NCBI RefSeq assembly: GCF_006345805.1
Contig: NC_043005.1
Coordinates: forward strand, 57,102,001 to 57,166,000
From: Octopus sinensis
Taxonomy: Eukaryota
Reading direction: 5' to 3'
Length of the DNA: 64,000 nucleotides
The notes under the pieces were generated by a model, which was not told the DNA's origin, did no database searches, and saw nothing but the letters and a program-made list of their open reading frames with translations. Below are positions 58,300 to 64,000 of this stretch, one piece after another (the first letter of the stretch is position 1; each line of letters begins with the position of its first letter). The position numbers and the translations under genes were made by a program.

Positions 58300-59460
58300 G
58301 CGTTGTCACACAGCTCTGAATCTGCATTGCATTTCAAGAGGGATTTCAATGGAAATGAGGTTGCTAAATTTGTTCAGGAGAATTCTGCCAAAAATTTCAT
58401 GCAATTGAAACTAGGGAAATTTCTTGAGAGTTCATGCTGTCAGTCCTATCTCTGTTACTTAAAATGATAACTAGATTAGCTTTCTTCCCTTCTTGAGGTA
58501 CTTTTTCAACTATTACCACAATCAAATACGGAGGCTGACAATATCGTTATAGATGGAAACATATTAAATAGCGTCAGTCATTTTATTTAATTTTGAGCAG
58601 TATTTTGTCGAGTGGGTGGAGGTGCAATGGCCCAGTGGTTAGGGGCAGTGGACTCGCGGTCGGAGGATCGCGGTTTCGATTCCCAGACCGGACGTTGTGT
58701 GCGTTTATTGAGCAAAAACACCTGAAGCTCCACGAAGCTCCGGCAGGGGGTGATGGCGACCCCTGTTGTACTCTTTCGCCTCAACGCTCTCCCACTCTTT
58801 CTTCCTGTTTCTTGAGTAACGCTGCGATGGACTGGCGTCCCGTCCAGCTGGTGTGAGGTGGGAGGGACACATACGCCATAGAAACCGAGAAACCGGGCCC
58901 ACGAGCCTGGCTAGTCTTGAAAAGGGCGCATAAATAAAATAAAATAAATTTTGTCGAGTGGCAGTAAACTAAACAATGAGCTCCAAAATCATATGACTGC
59001 AGCTTCATCTGCGCTTGGACGTCTTACTGAGCGACTATAGAAAATTGTAACATCTCAGTGAAAGAAAAATGTAAAGTATACTAAGCCATTGTCATCTCAA
59101 CATTACTGTATGGTGCAGAACCATGGACACTATACAAAACAAAAGCCAAAAGGACTGGTGCCTTTATCGTGCAACATCTGAGAGTTATGAACACCAAAAG
59201 GTGACAGCATATCCCAAACTCTGAAGTACTCGGCAAGGGTGGTTTTCAATTCATGCATCACTTATTGATGCACAGAAATCTCCGTTACACAGGTCATATT
59301 GTTAGGTTTGGAAATGATAGATTCCGAAAGACAGTCCTGTTCTCGCAACTAACTAATATCTATCGAAGTATTTATAGCTCCAGTTTAAGATTTAAGAGCA
59401 CTGTCAATCGGTGTGCATTCAAAGCAATGAATAATTGTATACAAAGCAATGATCAGTAAT
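58300..59460 (+). mobile_element. RTE-BovB-like LINE 3' fragment interrupted by a SINE
   Basis: IDGNILNSVSHF; KVY*AIVISTLLYGAEPWTLY; LRYTGHIVRF..DRF.K.VLFSQL. Confidence 0.7.
58616..58947 (+). mobile_element. tRNA-derived SINE, full length
   Basis: A/B boxes, (TAAAA)n tail, TSD ATTTTGTCGAGTGG at 58602-58615 and 58948-58961. Confidence 0.9.
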
Positions 59461-59636
59461 TTACGAAACCGGTATGCTTTTAAATCACTTTAACAAATCA
59501 AAATAATGACTTTTATTACTTTTATTTCTACCTCAGCTCATCTAACTGTATATATCTTTCGTGACTTTTTCATAAAAAGCCTTGACTTCTTTTGATTTCC
59601 AATGTGCATTTTCGCTTAATATTCTTCTTACTTTCC

Positions 59637-59741
<105 letters not shown>

Positions 59742-60214
59742 TATATACATACATATATACATACATACACATATACATATATGTATACACATATATATAT
59801 TATGGATATTATCCTTTTCCAAGTAAGCTTTATCTATCTATCTATACACACACACACACACGCACACACACGCACACACACGCACATATATATATATAGT
59901 GGTGAACTCTGCTGTCGTAAACGGCAGATGTAGGTTCTGCAGTTTCTTGCGGACCAACCTGCACAAATAATTTGTTTACAGTAATTAAACGCTTATGCTG
60001 CATATTGGCTCAATCCCCCCGTTAGATCGACATTATCCCTTACGGGGGCGCTGTGTACCTCACGTCAGATATTGAAGTGATGACAGAGCAACGGGAAACG
60101 CAATGCTTTGCTCAAGAACATGACATCACCTGGTCTGGGAATGGAAACCACGGTCTTGCGATCGTGAGTGCAACTCCTTAAACAAAAGGCTATCATACAC
60201 GCACAAACGCGCAC

Positions 60215-60255
<41 letters not shown>

Positions 60256-60333
60256 GTACACACGTATGTGTGCATGCATGCATGTATGTATGTATATATA
60301 TACGCACACACAAACATACACTCACACACACAT

Positions 60334-60397
<64 letters not shown>

Positions 60398-60398
<1 letters not shown>

Positions 60399-60740
60399 AA
60401 CATTATCGACGTGCATACTCATTGTATGTGCTTTGCTCGTTCGCCAGTACGCTGCGGCATAGCACTGAGGGGTTGACTCCCTCAAAGCACTGAGTGTTAA
60501 AACACCTGAAAGTCGTAGACAGGCGAGACAATTCACCTCTAATCCCACTCAGGATCAATGAATACTGATATTTCGCCGCTCCTGAATGGGATTAGGGATG
60601 AATTGTCTCGCCTGTTTATGACTATCAGGTGTTTTAACACCCACCGCTTTGTAGGAGTCATCCTTGTCGCGCTACATTCGCAGCATACCGGTGAAAAAAC
60701 GAAAAAAGCTATATTGAGTATGTACGGTCGATAACGTTTA
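60398..60740. repeat. ~340-bp imperfect foldback
   Basis: GTGTTAAAACACCTGA..GGCGAGACAATTCA..AATCCCA.TCAGGA versus TCCTGA.TGGGATT..TGAATTGTCTCGCC..TCAGGTGTTTTAACAC. Confidence 0.85.
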
Positions 60741-60849
60741 CAAAATTAGCGCTGCTTCTAATTTCTAATTGAATATGTGTGTAGGTATGTGTGTATGCGC
60801 GTGTGCCTGTGTGTGCATGCGTATCTATATATGTATATATGTATGTGTG

Positions 60850-60907
<58 letters not shown>

Positions 60908-60908
<1 letters not shown>

Positions 60909-61650
60909 TAGCAGTACCGCCCGGCGTTGCTCGGGTTTGTAAGGGAAATAACTATAAAGCATTTTTAGAGAGTTATAGCCAAAAAATGGGGAAAAAATTA
61001 TGGTAAATTTTTTTAGTTAAAAAGGTCGAGTTGCGTCCCCTAGACAGTCTGTGGTTTGTGTTTCTAATTCTCGACCCCATGTCGAATTTATCGATTTTTT
61101 TCAGAACTGGGGGAACTTTTCAAAATTTTCGCTGCGTTAGTTTTGAATTATGACATTGGGCTATGTGTGTGTCAAGTTTCATCAGAATCGGTTGAAAGCC
61201 GTGGTCAGGGTGAGGGTACAACCTAACAGACACACAGAAACACACACAGACAAACTGCCGTTTATATATAGACTAGCAGTATCGCCCGGCGTTGCTCAGG
61301 TTTGTAAGGGAAATAACTATAAAGCATTTTTAGAGAGTTATAGCCAAAAAATTGCAAAAAAATGGAAAAAAATGATGGTAAATTTTTTTTTAGTTAAAAA
61401 AGGTGGAGTTGCGTCCCCTAGACAATTTGCGGTTTGTGTTTCTGATTCTCGACCCCATGTCGAATTTATCGATATTTTTCAGAACTGGGGGAACTTTTAA
61501 AAATTTTCGCTGCGTTTGTTTTGAATTATGACATTGGGCTATGTGTGTGTCAAGTTTCATCAGAATCGGTTGAAAGCCGTGGTCAGGGTGAGGGTACAAG
61601 CAAACAGACACACAGAAACACGCACAGACAAACTGCCGTTTATATATAGA
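60908..61650 (-). mobile_element. Head-to-tail dimer of a non-autonomous Helitron (60908-61272, 61273-61650)
   Basis: Minus strand: 5' TCTATATATAAA, 3' CCCGAGCAACGCCGGG hairpin + CTAG; junction CTAG|TC. Confidence 0.85.
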
Positions 61651-62118
61651 GAGATAGAAGATATATGTATACACACACACGCTACTTTATGTATAAATAG
61701 TGAATATACTTAAAACATGTTATTATGTTACAAAATTAATGTTGTGCCAATACAACTAAATAGTGATTATATATTTCTTTTATAGCAAAAGATATGACTA
61801 TCTGTACCAGTTTGGCTTCAGCTTTAAAATGAATCATCATTTTGTAACAAGCAAACACGTGTAAATAACAAAATTATCCATTATATAAAGTTTTTCAATT
61901 ATATAATTCATGTATGTAAATATATATATATACGTTGTCATATATGTAAATATATATATATACGCTGACGGAGATTAGTTTAGTTTATATAGTACTTCAG
62001 GAAAAAATTTAATGCGAGAAATGGATATACCACTATCAAAACACAACCCAAACATGTGTGTGCTGTTGCAGGAGCCCGTCGTATGTATACACATAACACA
62101 CACACACACACCACACAA

Positions 62119-62187
<69 letters not shown>

Positions 62188-62394
62188 GTGAAATAGAAAG
62201 ATGAATAATCTTGTAGTAGATTAATCAAAAGTTTAACCGATACCTTAGTAGCAAAAATCACAGCAGTAAACAGCACGGTTGGAGGTACAACCATCTGGCG
62301 TTGCAACCGTGCGTTGGTGCGGATAATTGAAATTAAAACATTATTGGTGAATTGAAGAAATGGAGCTGAACGCAGATTGAACAGAAATCGTTTT

Positions 62395-62483
62395 ATTTCA
62401 TTCTACACGTGTTTCGAAAGGCACAAATTACCAAAATCCGATTGAATAATGGGACCATATTGTGTCTTTCTCTTCAGGAAGAA
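62395..62483 (-). ncRNA. Hammerhead ribozyme
   Basis: Minus strand: ttcttc CTGAAGA GAAAGaCACAA...TTGTGcCTTTC GAAA CACGTGT A gaatgaa; stem III palindrome ACACGTGT. Confidence 0.85.
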
Positions 62484-62803
62484 AAAAGGAAATCCGTTGG
62501 AAAAACAAAAACAGAACAGTGGCGGAGCAAAAACAAATCGAACTACGCTCCTAAGAGCCCATGGCGAAACTGTTTATCAGTGTATGTTGAGAACCGGTGG
62601 CTGAAGAATTCAACGGGTCAGGCATCGGTCAATCATGTGGGTGAGGGCGTATAGATGTTCTTAGTGACCGAGAATAAAGTTCTGACTATTTAAGGAATAT
62701 TGGATGTTTTATAAGGGGCGAAAAAAAACCTACTTAGAGACGTGTGTGTGTGTATACTGTTCTATATATGTGTGTGTTGGCGTAGGGGTAGAAAACATTT
62801 TTT

Positions 62804-64000
62804 GTGTACGTGTGTGCGTTTGATCGTTCGGCTGTCAGTGGCTACTGCCGAGAGAACCGTTGGGTGGCAGAAAGAAAAAAAAAAATATATATTATGTTTT
62901 ATGTGTGTGTGTGTTCATCTAAGCCTGCCTTGTCAAGGAAACCCCCCGCTGTGAAAAAACCAAGCCCCGTTTGTCTTACAGGAGTAATTCCCCTTGCAGT
63001 GGTTAATCGTAGATATCTTAAAGGCTATTTCAGAATTTGTTACCAAGGGCTATGGGTGCCGGTATTATTTATAAATAGGGGTGTTGTGGTTGACGGTAAC
63101 AATGGGAGTAGGGTAGTGAGCCCCAATAGCATCCCCAGCATCATTTCCCGCAATAGCAGCACCACGGGCAGTAGCAATGACAGCACTCTGATAGATAGTG
63201 GAGAATCAGGGGTTATTCCTATAGTTAATAGTGACGTAGTGGAAAATAGAGTAGTAAGCGGCTGCAGGTCTCGGAACGAATATAGTGACAGGAACGCAGT
63301 TCTAATTTCAGAAACTAATCCTAGCAGAATAAGATTCACGTCGGCGAACTCCAAGATCAAAAACGCCGTCTACCAATGCAAGGTTTACACGGACTCAGAT
63401 GTCTTCACTTATGTAGGGGCATCATCCTCAAGATTGTCTTTGCGTGTCTCCAACCATTACGCAACTTTTCGGGACATGAACAAGCGCCAGACCACGGGAC
63501 TCAGTAAGCTAATATGGCGACTGAAGGATACGAACTTAAGCTATAGGCTGGAATGGTCAATTTTGTCGGTGGCCCTCCCATTGATAGGGGCAGAAGACAG
63601 TGCAACCTTTGTGTCTCCGAACTCTTCCATATTTTGTTTGCCAGAGGCCGGATGGTAAACGGGCTCTTACAGTCGGCTCTTCGATGCCCCCATTGGCGGC
63701 GTTACACTTATCTGGCTTTTAAATAGCGTTTATAAATAATACCGGCACCCATAGCCCTTGGTAACAAATTCTGAAATAGCCTTTAAGATATCTACGATTA
63801 ACCACTGCAAGGGGAATTACTCCTGTAAGACAAACGGGGCTTGGTTTTTTCACAGCGGGGGGTTTCCTTGACAAGGCAGGCTTAGATGAACACACACACA
63901 CATAAAACATAATATATATATATTTTTTTCTTTCTGCCACCCAACGGTTCTCTCGGCAGTTGCCACTGACAGCCGAACGATCAAACGCACACACGTACAC
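62804..64000. repeat. Inverted repeat arms 62804-63075 / 63729-64000 (inverted pLTR-like; runs off the window)
   Basis: Near-identical 272-bp reverse complement, also visible as twin ORFs in the track. Confidence 0.92.
63076..63726 (+). pseudogene. Penelope-type GIY-YIG endonuclease, one frameshift near 63580
   Basis: NAVYQC..TYVGASSSRLSLRVSNHYATF..TGLSKLIWRLKD....EWSIL, then shifted frame RQCNLCVSELFHI...VN......RCPH, stop at 63724-63726. Confidence 0.85.

Noticed and set aside
58616-58690. tRNA genes (also 9490-9560, 48185-48255)
   Set aside because: SINE heads that continue into SINE bodies, with TSDs in the full copies
62804-63075. N-terminal 90 aa of the 284-aa ORF and its twin at 63719-64000
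   Set aside because: These are the inverted repeat arms and are unlikely to be real protein sequence

Overview
AT-rich eukaryotic DNA saturated with microsatellites and almost entirely made of transposon relics. The tRNA-derived SINE set and the (TA)/(CA)/(TACA)/(TAA) satellites suggest an Octopus or other coleoid cephalopod genome; this is an inference. No intact host gene is visible and most ORF-track entries are microsatellite artefacts. Recognisable relics: a hAT element, a near full-length CR1-like LINE, R4/Dong-like LINE fragments in (TAA)n, Tx1/L1 and RTE fragments, Tc1/mariner copies, non-autonomous Helitrons, MITEs, three SINE groups and an RPS21 retrocopy. The main signal is about 17 minimal type-I hammerhead ribozyme motifs (CUGANGA...GAAA...NUH), some decayed, from many unrelated sequence families. 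Their stem III sequences differ but are mostly palindromic. They lie in (TA)n-flanked modules, tandem 94-400 nt units, foldbacks, and beside Penelope-type GIY-YIG endonuclease ORFs with no adjacent reverse transcriptase. Together these form a candidate Penelope/retrozyme system. All folds and alignments were read by eye, and boundaries are approximate unless a TSD or TIR is quoted.
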